From Fidelibacterota bacterium (GTDB lineage Bacteria; Fidelibacterota; JAANXI01): DNA of 64,000 nucleotides. Below are positions 37,685 through 47,084 of the stretch, one piece after another. The stretch spans positions 6,165-70,164 of the forward strand of contig JAIPJS010000017.1 of the NCBI GenBank assembly GCA_021734025.1. Direction: 5' to 3'. The translations under genes and the position numbers were made by a program. How positions within the stretch are numbered: the first letter of the stretch is position 1; each line of letters opens with the position of its first letter. The notes beneath the pieces were generated by a model that worked only from the letters and a program-made list of their open reading frames with translations, had not been told where the DNA came from and did not search any database.

Positions 37685-37758
37685 GGAGTAAGATTAGGAT
37701 TAAGAGTAACCAGCACTGTTGTTAACTTGAACACCCGAACACATTAACACTTGAAAAC
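37685..37758 (+). repeat. hexamer (TAAGAT/TAGGAT) module followed by octamer NNRAACAC module, + orientation
   Basis: GTAAGATTAGGATTAAGAG then TTGAACAC CCGAACAC ATTAACAC, about 80 bp upstream of the 37836 start; mirror-image copy 37545-37575 on the other side of the divergent region. Confidence 0.55.
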
Positions 37759-37835
37759 TTACTATTTCGCTTTCCCCCACACCTTTTTGTATAATACGCA
37801 TTCTGATATTCCGAACAAACACAGGACTAAGACGA

Positions 37836-39233
37836 ATGAAATTATCCCGCTTCAAAGCGCCAAATACGTTCTTTATTATCTTTTCGCTGATTATTGTAAT
37901 GGCTGCACTTACATGGGTGATTCCCGGTGGGGAATACGCCCGGGTCGAGGTGGAAGGCCGCCAGCTGGTTGATCCTAATTCCTTCGAATACGTGAAGAGC
38001 AATCCCCAGGGGATCGGTGCGGTATTAATGGCGCCCATCCGGGGATTTGTGGAGGCGGCGTTGATTATCGGATTCGTGCTGATAGTCGGCGGCGCGTTCG
38101 GAATTTTCCAAAAGACCAAGGCCATCGACGCTGCCATCAAGGGGCTGGCCAAGGCGCAGCAAAGTTCCCGTCTCATAGAGATCCTGACTATCCCACTGTT
38201 CATGCTGCTGTTCTCGCTGGGCGGCGCGGTGTTCGGCATGAGCGAGGAGACTATTCCGTTCGTGCTTATATTTGTACCACTGGCACTCACACTGGGCTAC
38301 GACTCCATCGTCGGTGTAGCCATACCGTTTATCGGCGCCGGCGCCGGATTCGCCGGGGCGTTTCTGAATCCATTCACCATCGGTATTGCCCAGGGAATTG
38401 CGGAGGTGCCGCTGTTTTCAGGACTCCAGTATCGATTTGTCGCCTGGGTTATTATCACGGGAATCGCGATTGCCTTTGTGATGATCTATGCCGCTCGGAT
38501 CAAAAAGGATCCCGAAAAAAGCGTCATGTACGAGAAGGATGAAAAGAAGCGAGCGGATCTGGATACCGATGAAATCGAAAACTTCGGTGGACTGTCCAGG
38601 CGACACAAGGGCGTTCTCTGGACGTTCGCTGCCGGTATGGGTGTGCTGATCTTCGGTGTGCTCACCTATCATTGGTACATCGAGGAGATTGCCGCAGTGT
38701 TTCTTGCCACCGGGATCGCAGTGGGTATTGTGGGGAAACTCGGCATCAACGATGTGGCGGACGCCTTCGAGGACGGCGCCAAGACGCTGGTTGGGACGGC
38801 AATCATCATCGGACTGGCACGGGGTATTTTAGTGGTGGCGCAGGGCGGGCATATCATCGATACCATGCTCCATTCACTCTCAGTAATCGTGAGCGACTTT
38901 CACCCGATTGTCGCCTCCCAGATGATGTTCATCGTCCAGACCTTCCTGAATTTCTTCGTTCCTTCCGGCAGCGGGCAGGCTGCGCTCACTATGCCTATCA
39001 TGGCGCCGCTGGCAGACCTGGTCGGCGTCACCCGGCAGACGGCGGTGCTGGCATTCCAGTTCGGCGACGGATTCAGCAACCTCATTATCCCGACTTCCGC
39101 GGTCACCATGGGCGTGCTTATGCTCGCGGACATTCCCTGGGAAAAATGGGCCAAGTGGATTCTTCCGCTGGAGTTCCTGTTCCTGATTGCGGGCTTGCTC
39201 CTGCTCGTTCCACCGTTTCTGATGGGATGGTGA
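37836..39233 (+). CDS. YfcC-family integral membrane transporter (C4-dicarboxylate anaerobic carrier-like; putative amino-acid/peptide transporter)
   Basis: 465 aa, about 12 TM helices, glycine-rich conserved loops. Confidence 0.7.
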   Translation: MKLSRFKAPNTFFIIFSLIIVMAALTWVIPGGEYARVEVEGRQLVDPNSFEYVKSNPQGIGAVLMAPIRGFVEAALIIGFVLIVGGAFGIFQKTKAIDAAIKGLAKAQQSSRLIEILTIPLFMLLFSLGGAVFGMSEETIPFVLIFVPLALTLGYDSIVGVAIPFIGAGAGFAGAFLNPFTIGIAQGIAEVPLFSGLQYRFVAWVIITGIAIAFVMIYAARIKKDPEKSVMYEKDEKKRADLDTDEIENFGGLSRRHKGVLWTFAAGMGVLIFGVLTYHWYIEEIAAVFLATGIAVGIVGKLGINDVADAFEDGAKTLVGTAIIIGLARGILVVAQGGHIIDTMLHSLSVIVSDFHPIVASQMMFIVQTFLNFFVPSGSGQAALTMPIMAPLADLVGVTRQTAVLAFQFGDGFSNLIIPTSAVTMGVLMLADIPWEKWAKWILPLEFLFLIAGLLLLVPPFLMGW

Positions 39234-39235
39234 TA

Positions 39236-39312
39236 GGGTACAAGGGTATAGAGGTATAGGGGGCAGTTGGGTTTCTTAATCCTAATCTTAATCCTAATCC
39301 TAATCTTACTCA
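39236..39312 (+). repeat. G-tract module (GGGTACAAGGGTATAGAGGTATAGGGGG..GGG) followed by hexamer (AATCCT/AATCTT)n module
   Basis: Starts 3 nt after the YfcC stop; four G tracts at 39236, 39244, 39259, 39269; then CTTAATCCTAATCTTAATCCTAATCCTAATCTTACTC. Confidence 0.6.
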
Positions 39313-39726
39313 TACTCCAAATCAAATTTATCTAATTATGAAATGCAGAAGGGATAAAGCGTTTCGTGGTGCGTTTACTGTTGGATATCCCGGTGCATGG
39401 GAGCGGACGAAAACTCGGATAGCCGGAGAGGAAGCGTCGCGTCCCGACAGAGACTCCTCCCGGAGGCATCCCCGGCGAAGTTTATCACCGCGCAATAAGA
39501 CTATGATGTTAATAATGGTAGCCTTTGAATCTCATTCAATGGCGGAGAACTATCATCAACATCTGCAAAAATTTGCTATTTCAGTTCAATATTCGGCATC
39601 TGTTGTAAGCAATTCACCGGCAACGACGCTTAACGCGATCGTCGCCGGAAGGATCCGTTTCACACTTCGATATTCGAAATTGGGCATTGGATATTCGATA
39701 TTCATTCTTTCCCGTCCAACCACACC

Positions 39727-39756
39727 TTGACTTTGGCCGGGTGAATCCCTTAATTA
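39727..39756 (+). promoter_or_regulatory. sigma70-like promoter candidate TTGACT-N17/18-TAATTA
   Basis: -35 TTGACT 39727-39732 and -10-like TTAATT/TAATTA around 39750-39756, about 25 bp before the 39781 ATG. Confidence 0.35.
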
Positions 39757-39780
39757 AAGGCAATTACAGCCGACGTAGAC

Positions 39781-40752
39781 ATGAAACTCACACGCATAAA
39801 AAATTTCCGTACCGGTGACAGTATCAAAGGGTTTTATCAGCTGACCCAGATGAATCGTCGTACCACGAGAAAGGGCGACGCCTTCCTGGATTGCGTTCTC
39901 AGCGATAAGACCGGATCGGTCTCTGCCAAGTGGTGGAACGTGCCCGAGGCGGCGTTCGACTGGCTGAATCCCGGGATTGTGGTGGCCGTGACCGGCGAAG
40001 TGGAAGAGTATAACGATGCCCGTCAGCTGGTCGTTGAGCAGATTACCCCGGCCAAAGAAGGGCAGGTGGAAAAGTTCGGATGGGCATTTTCTGACATTGT
40101 TCCTTCGACTACGTACGATCCCGATCAAATGTGGGAAAAGGTACAGGAGATCATTGATTCCTTTGAGGAGGAACACCTGCAGAAGCTCGTCCGCCGGATT
40201 TACCACGACTTCGAAGAGGAGATTGCCACGCACCCCGGCTCTGTTTCGCATCACCATCTCTATCGCGGAGGATTCCTGGAACATGTATGGTCATTGACTC
40301 AACTGGGGGAGTTCGTCGCCGATCACTACTTCGAGCTGGATCGGGATCTGTTTCTGGCGGGACTATTCCTGCACGATATAGGGAAGCTGCTTGAAATTAA
40401 GTCGGACTTTGAACGCCAGTATACCGATGAAGGACAATTCATAGGGCACATTGTGCTTGGCAGAGATTTGGTTCGGGAGACGGTGGAGGACTATTTCCCG
40501 GAATTTCCGGATGATTTATTGATTCGCCTGGAGCACGTCATCCTCGCGCACCAGGAGGAGCCGGCCATGGGATCGCCGAAGCGTCCGGCAACGTTAGAAG
40601 CGCTGGCGGTAGCCATGCTCGATCGGTTTGACACCAGAATGGAACAGTTCCTCATGACGCTCCGAAACGATACCAATACCGGCGAATGGACGCTGCCAAC
40701 CAGACTGTTTCCGTATCCACTCCATAAAGGCGTCGGGGACGACGAGGAGTGA
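39781..40752 (+). CDS. HD-domain phosphohydrolase with N-terminal OB-fold (YhaM-like 3'-5' exoribonuclease family)
   Basis: OB-fold-like N-terminus; HD motif region (..HHHLYRGGFLEHVWS.., ..LFLHDIGK..). Confidence 0.7.
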   Translation: MKLTRIKNFRTGDSIKGFYQLTQMNRRTTRKGDAFLDCVLSDKTGSVSAKWWNVPEAAFDWLNPGIVVAVTGEVEEYNDARQLVVEQITPAKEGQVEKFGWAFSDIVPSTTYDPDQMWEKVQEIIDSFEEEHLQKLVRRIYHDFEEEIATHPGSVSHHHLYRGGFLEHVWSLTQLGEFVADHYFELDRDLFLAGLFLHDIGKLLEIKSDFERQYTDEGQFIGHIVLGRDLVRETVEDYFPEFPDDLLIRLEHVILAHQEEPAMGSPKRPATLEALAVAMLDRFDTRMEQFLMTLRNDTNTGEWTLPTRLFPYPLHKGVGDDEE

Positions 40753-41300
40753 GTACCCGCCGCATCGCGTATACCGGACTGTTTATCGCACTTGCCGTGG
40801 CTCTGGGATTTGCCCTGGTTGCCATCCCCAATTTCGAAATGATTTCCGCAACCGTGTTTATTGCCGGCTGGCTGCTCGGGCCCGGAATGGGCGCGTTGGT
40901 CGGATTCATCGCCGAACTCGTCTTCTCCGGAATTAATCCCGCCGGTTCCGGTTTTTTGTTTCCGCCGTTGCTTATAGCCCAAGTCATTTCAGTGAGCCTC
41001 ATAGGGTTCGTTGGCGGTGTTGCCAGACGCGGACAGGTATTTTTTCTGGCCTCTGCCGGCGGAGCGGTATCACTGGGTCTGCTGGGGGGATTACTTACCA
41101 TCATTTTTGATTTCCTGACCACCATCAGTTATCCGCTTGTTGCCGGATTTAACGAAACCCAAATTTGGGCGACGCTCGGCATCGGAGCACTGTTTTATAG
41201 CATGCACGTCATCTCCAACGCCGCAATCTTCGCTGTTATCGTTCCGGCGATTCTCAAAGCCGTCCATTCGCAACTCGGAATAACCGGAGTCATCCGGTGA
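40749..41300 (+). CDS. small polytopic membrane protein (ECF-transporter S-component-like)
   Basis: 183 aa, about 5 TM helices, glycine-rich; overlaps upstream stop; family assignment tentative. Confidence 0.5.
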   Translation: MSTRRIAYTGLFIALAVALGFALVAIPNFEMISATVFIAGWLLGPGMGALVGFIAELVFSGINPAGSGFLFPPLLIAQVISVSLIGFVGGVARRGQVFFLASAGGAVSLGLLGGLLTIIFDFLTTISYPLVAGFNETQIWATLGIGALFYSMHVISNAAIFAVIVPAILKAVHSQLGITGVIR

Positions 41301-43096
41301 AGTATCTGTGCGTCATATTCATCATTGGGATTGCGATTGTGCCTGGAACAGACCTCGCGGGAAAACCGCTGGATTCACTCCATGTTAGGAATCCGGACAG
41401 TACACGAATTATTATGGATTCCGAGACAGTGCCCGGGGCCGTCCGGTCGAGATCTCACCAGATGACGATACTGCGTCCTGTCGGTTTTTTTCCCAGAGAA
41501 GAGTCGGGCGCTTCCGGATACTGGCAGATGGCGCCGGGACCGCAGTATGGCCGCACCATTTTGATCCATGGTCTGGAACTCGACACCCGGCTCCGCCCGG
41601 GCTGGCCGCTCCGGTATTTCCCGCAGCATTCCCTAATTGGTATTGCGCCGGTGAGTACCGATTCCACCGGATATCCCTTGCGTTCACATCTGCTGGAACG
41701 CCGGGAAGAGCCGATGGTCGATCTTGTGTATAAAGAGGGTGACTACGGACTCAGTGCCGTATCTGTAGGGGTAGCCACGGATATCACTGATGATACACAT
41801 CTGCATCTGTCCAGAGAAGGGGAGGGTTTCGTCGGACAATTCGGAATCGACGGTCTTGAAACTGAGCGGTATTATCTCGGAGTGCACCACCGGGTGAGCG
41901 ATTCCACCCGGTTTTTGTACAGTACGTTCTATGCCAGAGATAATAGTACGTGGACGACAGCAACGCCTGCCCCCAACAGTTTCGGGAGTGAATCCTCCAG
42001 CTGGTATCAGCATCTCCTGCGATGGAACTCCCAAACCCGCTTCGGGGAGTGGGATTATGGGTTGCGTCTCGGCTCCCAACGTCTCTGGCTCAACAAAACT
42101 GCTGAAAGAGGACAGATGACCGAACTGCAGCGCGGCGGCTGGCTCGGATATCATTTCCAATTAAATAATGCGATCGGTATTCAATGGCGATATTCCGGAG
42201 TTCAGTATGTGCTGGATGGCAGTAGTTCTAATCTGCAACGTGAACTTTGGCACCGGTTGCAAGGCGGAGCCACCATTCGTTTCGGGGAATTCTCAGTGAA
42301 GGTCCACCCGGAGATTGTAACGGTTTCTACAGGTGACGAAGTATACGTCCTTCCGAACGGCAATGTATCCTATGAGCCTTTTGATTGGATTACAGCCTCG
42401 GTGGAACTGGCAGGTACTGTTACTCCAATACCGTACCAATGGGAGCAGACGTCGGAGAAAATCACCATCCCCACCAGCTCAGTCGAAAAGACAAGCACCC
42501 AAAACATCACAAGCTCGCTGGAGATCACTCCCTTTAATTTCCTTTCGGTAACCGGAGGAGCTGAGTTTACCCAATACTCCAACTGGCACAGTCTGGCGTA
42601 TAACATGCCCGCTGCCCGGACAGATTCCACGTTGACGCTGGAGACAGTAGACGGTAACCACACCGGGCTATTTGCCTCAGCAAAGTTCCAGGTTTTTGAG
42701 GAGTTCGCACTGGGAGGGCGGTATGATGTGTATCCATCAGTGAGCAACATTCTCCCTGAACTCTGGACCCGGCAGACCATCACCGGCTGGATGCAGGCAC
42801 AGCGCTACTTTTTTGATAATAACCTCCTGCTGCACGTGTACCTGGAAGGCGGGACACTGCTATCACGACAGCCGGTCGGCTGGAATCCCCGATTCCAGAG
42901 CCTGACACACTATCCCCTGTTCGGTGATCCGGAATCCTCGGTGTTTATGCATGCAATTATCCAGGGACAAATTGGGGCATTTACCATTTCCACTTCATTT
43001 TATAATGCCGCGGCAAATAATCTTATATATGCATTGGATCAGCGCCCGCCCGCTACAATATTTTATCTTGGTGTGCGCTGGCAGCTCTGGAATTGA
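41297..43096 (+). CDS. hypothetical secreted protein, possible outer-membrane beta-barrel
   Basis: Signal peptide; alternating amphipathic strands; C-terminus ..YLGVRWQLWN rich in aromatics. Confidence 0.55.
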   Translation: MKYLCVIFIIGIAIVPGTDLAGKPLDSLHVRNPDSTRIIMDSETVPGAVRSRSHQMTILRPVGFFPREESGASGYWQMAPGPQYGRTILIHGLELDTRLRPGWPLRYFPQHSLIGIAPVSTDSTGYPLRSHLLERREEPMVDLVYKEGDYGLSAVSVGVATDITDDTHLHLSREGEGFVGQFGIDGLETERYYLGVHHRVSDSTRFLYSTFYARDNSTWTTATPAPNSFGSESSSWYQHLLRWNSQTRFGEWDYGLRLGSQRLWLNKTAERGQMTELQRGGWLGYHFQLNNAIGIQWRYSGVQYVLDGSSSNLQRELWHRLQGGATIRFGEFSVKVHPEIVTVSTGDEVYVLPNGNVSYEPFDWITASVELAGTVTPIPYQWEQTSEKITIPTSSVEKTSTQNITSSLEITPFNFLSVTGGAEFTQYSNWHSLAYNMPAARTDSTLTLETVDGNHTGLFASAKFQVFEEFALGGRYDVYPSVSNILPELWTRQTITGWMQAQRYFFDNNLLLHVYLEGGTLLSRQPVGWNPRFQSLTHYPLFGDPESSVFMHAIIQGQIGAFTISTSFYNAAANNLIYALDQRPPATIFYLGVRWQLWN

Positions 43097-43506
43097 AAAT
43101 TACGGGGAATGTTGAATAGCCGTAGTTTTAAGATATAAGTATAGGCGAAAGACCGTTCGTGGGTAGTGAGCCGAAGTTGGTTGTTTTGCTTCCCCCGAAC
43201 TCTTCACTCTCCGAAGGTTCCATTAACTATATCCTGTTTGAATGACGTGCCCATTAACAATTTAAAAATCTCCCTCTGAAGAGGTGACTGCCTACCAACC
43301 AAATCAGTGCACTTTTTTTCTGCTGAATCTCACGTACCAATCGCCGCTTTGAACCTCCTCACTGGTCATGGCCAATTGGTTACTGTTCGCTGTTTACGTG
43401 CTATTGAATAGAGTATTCAGGGCGGCAGACACATAATATATGACGGTTTTCAACTGTGACTACATGAACGCTCGATATCAGGGGGTTTTGACGGCAACCT
43501 CTGCGC

Positions 43507-43535
43507 TTGACATCTTTAGGCTAATCGTCTAATTT
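43507..43535 (+). promoter_or_regulatory. sigma70-like promoter candidate TTGACA-N17-TAATTT
   Basis: -35 TTGACA 43507-43512, 17-nt spacer, -10-like TAATTT 43530-43535; AAAGGAG about 15 nt further downstream. Confidence 0.35.
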
Positions 43536-43592
43536 CCAAGCAATTAGAAAGGAGATACAGCTTTCAGTACCAATTCGGAAACAGAAAAACTC

Positions 43593-44357
43593 GTGAATGT
43601 CGGTGTGGCGAATGTCTATGCCGAGCCGGCGTTTCATTCTGCCGTTACCACCCAGTGTATTCTCGGTGAAAAAGTCATAATCCAGAACAAAGATGGAGAC
43701 TGGCTCCGCATTACACAGTGGGACGATTACTCCGGTTGGATTCAGGAATTTTATCTGGTAGATTATCCGGAGGATTGGGCACCGGATTACAGTTATCGCG
43801 CTCCGTTGGGATGGATATTTAATGCCACATCCCGGAGTGCAAAGACTTTGCGGCAGATCACTGCCGGTTCCCGATTACCCGGAGTGCCGGAGAATAACGG
43901 TTGGGTGCAAGTATCTCTTCCGGACGGAACCAGGGGCTTCGTTCCTCATACAGACTATAAGTGGCAATCCAATGATATTCGAAGCAAGATCCTGGAAACT
44001 GCAGAGCGCTTTTTCGGCACCTCCTATCTCTGGGGAGGCAAAACGGGGTTTGGGTTCGACTGCTCCGGGTTTGTGCAGACGGTGTTTCGGCTCAATGGAA
44101 TAAATTTACGGCGCGACACCTGGATGCAAATGGAACAGGGAACAGATTTGGACAGCCGGGAAGATCTCCGTCCGGGTGATTTAGTGTTTTTTGCAGAGAA
44201 GGAGAAAGTGAGTCACGTGGGCATCGCCTATAACGAATCGGAATTTATTCATTGTTCAGGTTATGTCCGTCGGAACTCATTTGAAAAAGAGGCATCTGAC
44301 TATAGCGCCCGGCTGGATGCAATGTTTATAGGTGCACAAAGGATAATTCAGGAATAA
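43593..44357 (+). CDS. C40 family (NlpC/P60) peptidoglycan endopeptidase with N-terminal SH3-like domains
   Basis: Catalytic region ..GGKTGFGFDCSGFVQ.. and downstream His (..SHVGIAY..); GTG start; no signal peptide found in this frame. Confidence 0.75.
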   Translation: MNVGVANVYAEPAFHSAVTTQCILGEKVIIQNKDGDWLRITQWDDYSGWIQEFYLVDYPEDWAPDYSYRAPLGWIFNATSRSAKTLRQITAGSRLPGVPENNGWVQVSLPDGTRGFVPHTDYKWQSNDIRSKILETAERFFGTSYLWGGKTGFGFDCSGFVQTVFRLNGINLRRDTWMQMEQGTDLDSREDLRPGDLVFFAEKEKVSHVGIAYNESEFIHCSGYVRRNSFEKEASDYSARLDAMFIGAQRIIQE

Positions 44358-44360
44358 CCG

Positions 44361-44879
44361 ATGTCAGGCAACGGCATACTCAACAGACAGGTACTGGTCT
44401 TAAACCAGAACTACGAGCCGCTCCAGATTTGTAATGCAAAGCACGCCATCGTGATGCTCTACCTGAACCGCGTGGAATTGGTGGAGAGTGATGGGGTAAT
44501 GGTGCATTCCGTCAATGACGAATTCCCGCTGCCGACAGTCGTTCGGGTAAAACGGTACATTAATTACCGTGGATACGAGGTTGTCCTGTCTCGGAAAAAT
44601 ATCATGCGCCGTGACGAATTTAAATGTCAGTATTGCGGGAAACACGACTCGCAACTAACCATTGATCACGTCACACCGAAGCGACACGGCGGAAAGGATA
44701 CCTGGGAGAATCTGGTGACAGCCTGCATCCGGTGCAACAACACCAAAGGGGATAACACCCCGGAACAGGCGAATATGCCGCTCCTGAAGCAGCCGAAAAA
44801 ACCGCACTATATCCAGTTCCTGAAGCAGCATATTGACGAGCCGATACAATCCTGGAAACCATACATTTATTTAGGCTAA
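44361..44879 (+). CDS. HNH endonuclease family protein
   Basis: C-x2-C ... H ... H ... C-x2-C HNH signature (CQYCG.., ..TIDHVTPKRHGGKDTWENLVTACIRCNNTKG). Confidence 0.8.
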   Translation: MSGNGILNRQVLVLNQNYEPLQICNAKHAIVMLYLNRVELVESDGVMVHSVNDEFPLPTVVRVKRYINYRGYEVVLSRKNIMRRDEFKCQYCGKHDSQLTIDHVTPKRHGGKDTWENLVTACIRCNNTKGDNTPEQANMPLLKQPKKPHYIQFLKQHIDEPIQSWKPYIYLG

Positions 44880-45030
44880 CGGCGGGTACAAGGTAATGAA
44901 AACATGTTTTTCAATTAGAAAATGTAAATCACCGAGATTGAAAAACATGATTAAGATTATGAGTAGGATATAGAATAAGAAACGCGAGACATTAATACGA
45001 TAACACATTAACACGAGCGAACTGGTTTTT

Positions 45031-45765
45031 GTGAGCTACGAAGTTAAACTTGACGTCTTTGAAGGTCCACTCGACCTGCTGCTGTTTTTTATCAGCAGGG
45101 ACGAGATCGATATCTATGATATTCCCATTGCGTATATTACTGACTCGTACCTGGAATACCTGGATTTGATGCGGGAATTGAATATTAGCATTGCTGGCGA
45201 ATACATCCGGATGGCGGCGACGCTGATGCGGGTGAAAGCACGTACATTGTTACCCCAACTGGCGGGTGATCCTGATGATGAGGATTATGAGGATCCACGA
45301 TCCGAGTTGGTGGAAATGCTGCTGGAGTATAAGCGGTTCAAGGAACTTGCCGGCACTCTGAAGGTTCGGGAGTCGGATCAGAGGCAACATTTTCAGCGGA
45401 AGCCGGATCTGTCGTACGTGGATACGGATGTCCGGCCTGATGAGGTACTGAATGACGTAACCCTGTACGAATTGATGAAGACTTTTAAGCGGCTTTTGGA
45501 CAATATACCCGAAACGCCGACGCACAATATTGAGCGGGTGCAGACCAACATCCGGAAACAGTCCGAGTATCTGAGAAATCGATTACAGAAAGACGGTAAG
45601 GTGATGTTCTCCGCTATCATGAAAGAACTGGATAATAAAATTACGATCATTGTTACGTTCATTGCACTGCTGGATATGATTAAAAACCAGGAAGTGGCAA
45701 TTTTTCAGGAAACTATCTTCGAGGACTTTCGCATTGAACGCCGGATGGAAACGGCGAAGGCATAG
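45031..45765 (+). CDS. scpA: segregation and condensation protein A
   Basis: Kleisin N-terminal region (..LDVFEGPLDLLLFFISRDEIDIYDIPIA..); followed by scpB; GTG start. Confidence 0.8.
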   Translation: MSYEVKLDVFEGPLDLLLFFISRDEIDIYDIPIAYITDSYLEYLDLMRELNISIAGEYIRMAATLMRVKARTLLPQLAGDPDDEDYEDPRSELVEMLLEYKRFKELAGTLKVRESDQRQHFQRKPDLSYVDTDVRPDEVLNDVTLYELMKTFKRLLDNIPETPTHNIERVQTNIRKQSEYLRNRLQKDGKVMFSAIMKELDNKITIIVTFIALLDMIKNQEVAIFQETIFEDFRIERRMETAKA

Positions 45766-45776
45766 GTTAAGCGATT

Positions 45777-46388
45777 ATGGCTGTGGATCATTATGTATCG
45801 GTAGTAGAAGCGTTGCTGTTCGCTTCCGAGAATCCGGTAAGCGCCGGAAAAATACGGGGATGCTTTGATGAGGGGGAGGATGTGCCGGTCGAATCAATTG
45901 TCGAAGAATTGAATACCCACTATGATGAGACCGAGCGGGCATTTTTTATTATGGAAGTGGCCGGTGGCTATCAGCTGGTTACCCGGAAAGAATTCGAACC
46001 GTACGTGAAGCAGCTCTATGTGAGTTCCTCACGGATGCGCCTCTCCCAGGCAGCTTTGGAAACGCTGGCCATTGTGGCTTATAAGCAGCCGGTGAGTCGC
46101 CCGGACATCGACTCCATCCGTGGGGTGAACAGCGACGGTGTACTCCGAACATTACTGGAGCGGAATCTTATCGACATCAAGGGCAGAGAGGATGCCCCGG
46201 GTCGGCCATTACTTTATGCGACCTCCGATGAGTTTCTACGATATTTCGGTCTGAAAAGTATCAAAGATCTGCCTAAATTAAAGGAAATAGACGAACTGAC
46301 GTTGGAATCCGAGGATATTCCCGAGGATACCGACATCGCGCTAGAAGAACCCGAGGCTCCGGACGCCGAACCGAGTGCGACTGAATAA
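45777..46388 (+). CDS. scpB: segregation and condensation protein B
   Basis: Tandem winged-helix ScpB features (..VEALLFASENPVS.., ..LETLAIVAYKQPVSRPDIDSIRGV..). Confidence 0.8.
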   Translation: MAVDHYVSVVEALLFASENPVSAGKIRGCFDEGEDVPVESIVEELNTHYDETERAFFIMEVAGGYQLVTRKEFEPYVKQLYVSSSRMRLSQAALETLAIVAYKQPVSRPDIDSIRGVNSDGVLRTLLERNLIDIKGREDAPGRPLLYATSDEFLRYFGLKSIKDLPKLKEIDELTLESEDIPEDTDIALEEPEAPDAEPSATE

Positions 46389-47082
46389 GTACCTCGCCAG
46401 ATGTGGAGTAACATCCCGGCGGAAAGCCGATGACCTGATCGCTGACGGCCGGGTGGCGGTTAATGGGAAAACGGTAACCGAACTCGGAACCAAAGTTGAG
46501 CCAGACGCCGCCACTGTCACCGTCGACGGGGAAGCGGTCGAATTGCCAGACAAGTATATCTGTTATCTCCTGCACAAGCCGCAAAAATCGATATCGACCG
46601 TAGACGATCCGAAAGGGCGACCTACGGTCGTCGATCTGATAGACACGGAGCGGAGGATTTATCCGGTAGGACGCCTGGACTACGATACCACCGGCGTGCT
46701 TTTACTAACCGATGACGGAGAACTTGCCAACAAGCTGACCCATCCGTCCAACGAAGTACCGCGGAAGTATGAGGTATATTATTCCGGTAAATTGCCGGAA
46801 GATGCTCGGGGAAAATTAGCGGAAGGTATCGATATCGGAGAAGATCTGCCGGCATCCGGGGAACTTCAAATTCTCTGGGAAAAAGAAGACCATGGCGCGA
46901 CTCATCTCACGTTACATGCGGGGAGATATCATGAGGTAAAGCGCATTTTCAAACATTTTGGATGCAGCATAGAGCGGCTACACCGGATTAAATTTGCCGG
47001 CCTGGACTGCGGGGAACTGGCGCCGGGAGAATACCGGCGACTCTCGAGTGATGAATTGCAACAGCTAAAAACGGGGGAATAA
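46375..47082 (+). CDS. RsuA/RluB-family pseudouridine synthase with N-terminal S4 domain
   Basis: S4 domain (MRLNKYLARCGVTSRRKADDLI..), catalytic Asp loop (..GRLDYDTTGVLLLTDDGELANKL..); GTG start overlapping scpB end. Confidence 0.85.
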   Translation: MRLNKYLARCGVTSRRKADDLIADGRVAVNGKTVTELGTKVEPDAATVTVDGEAVELPDKYICYLLHKPQKSISTVDDPKGRPTVVDLIDTERRIYPVGRLDYDTTGVLLLTDDGELANKLTHPSNEVPRKYEVYYSGKLPEDARGKLAEGIDIGEDLPASGELQILWEKEDHGATHLTLHAGRYHEVKRIFKHFGCSIERLHRIKFAGLDCGELAPGEYRRLSSDELQQLKTGE

Positions 47083-47084
47083 TT

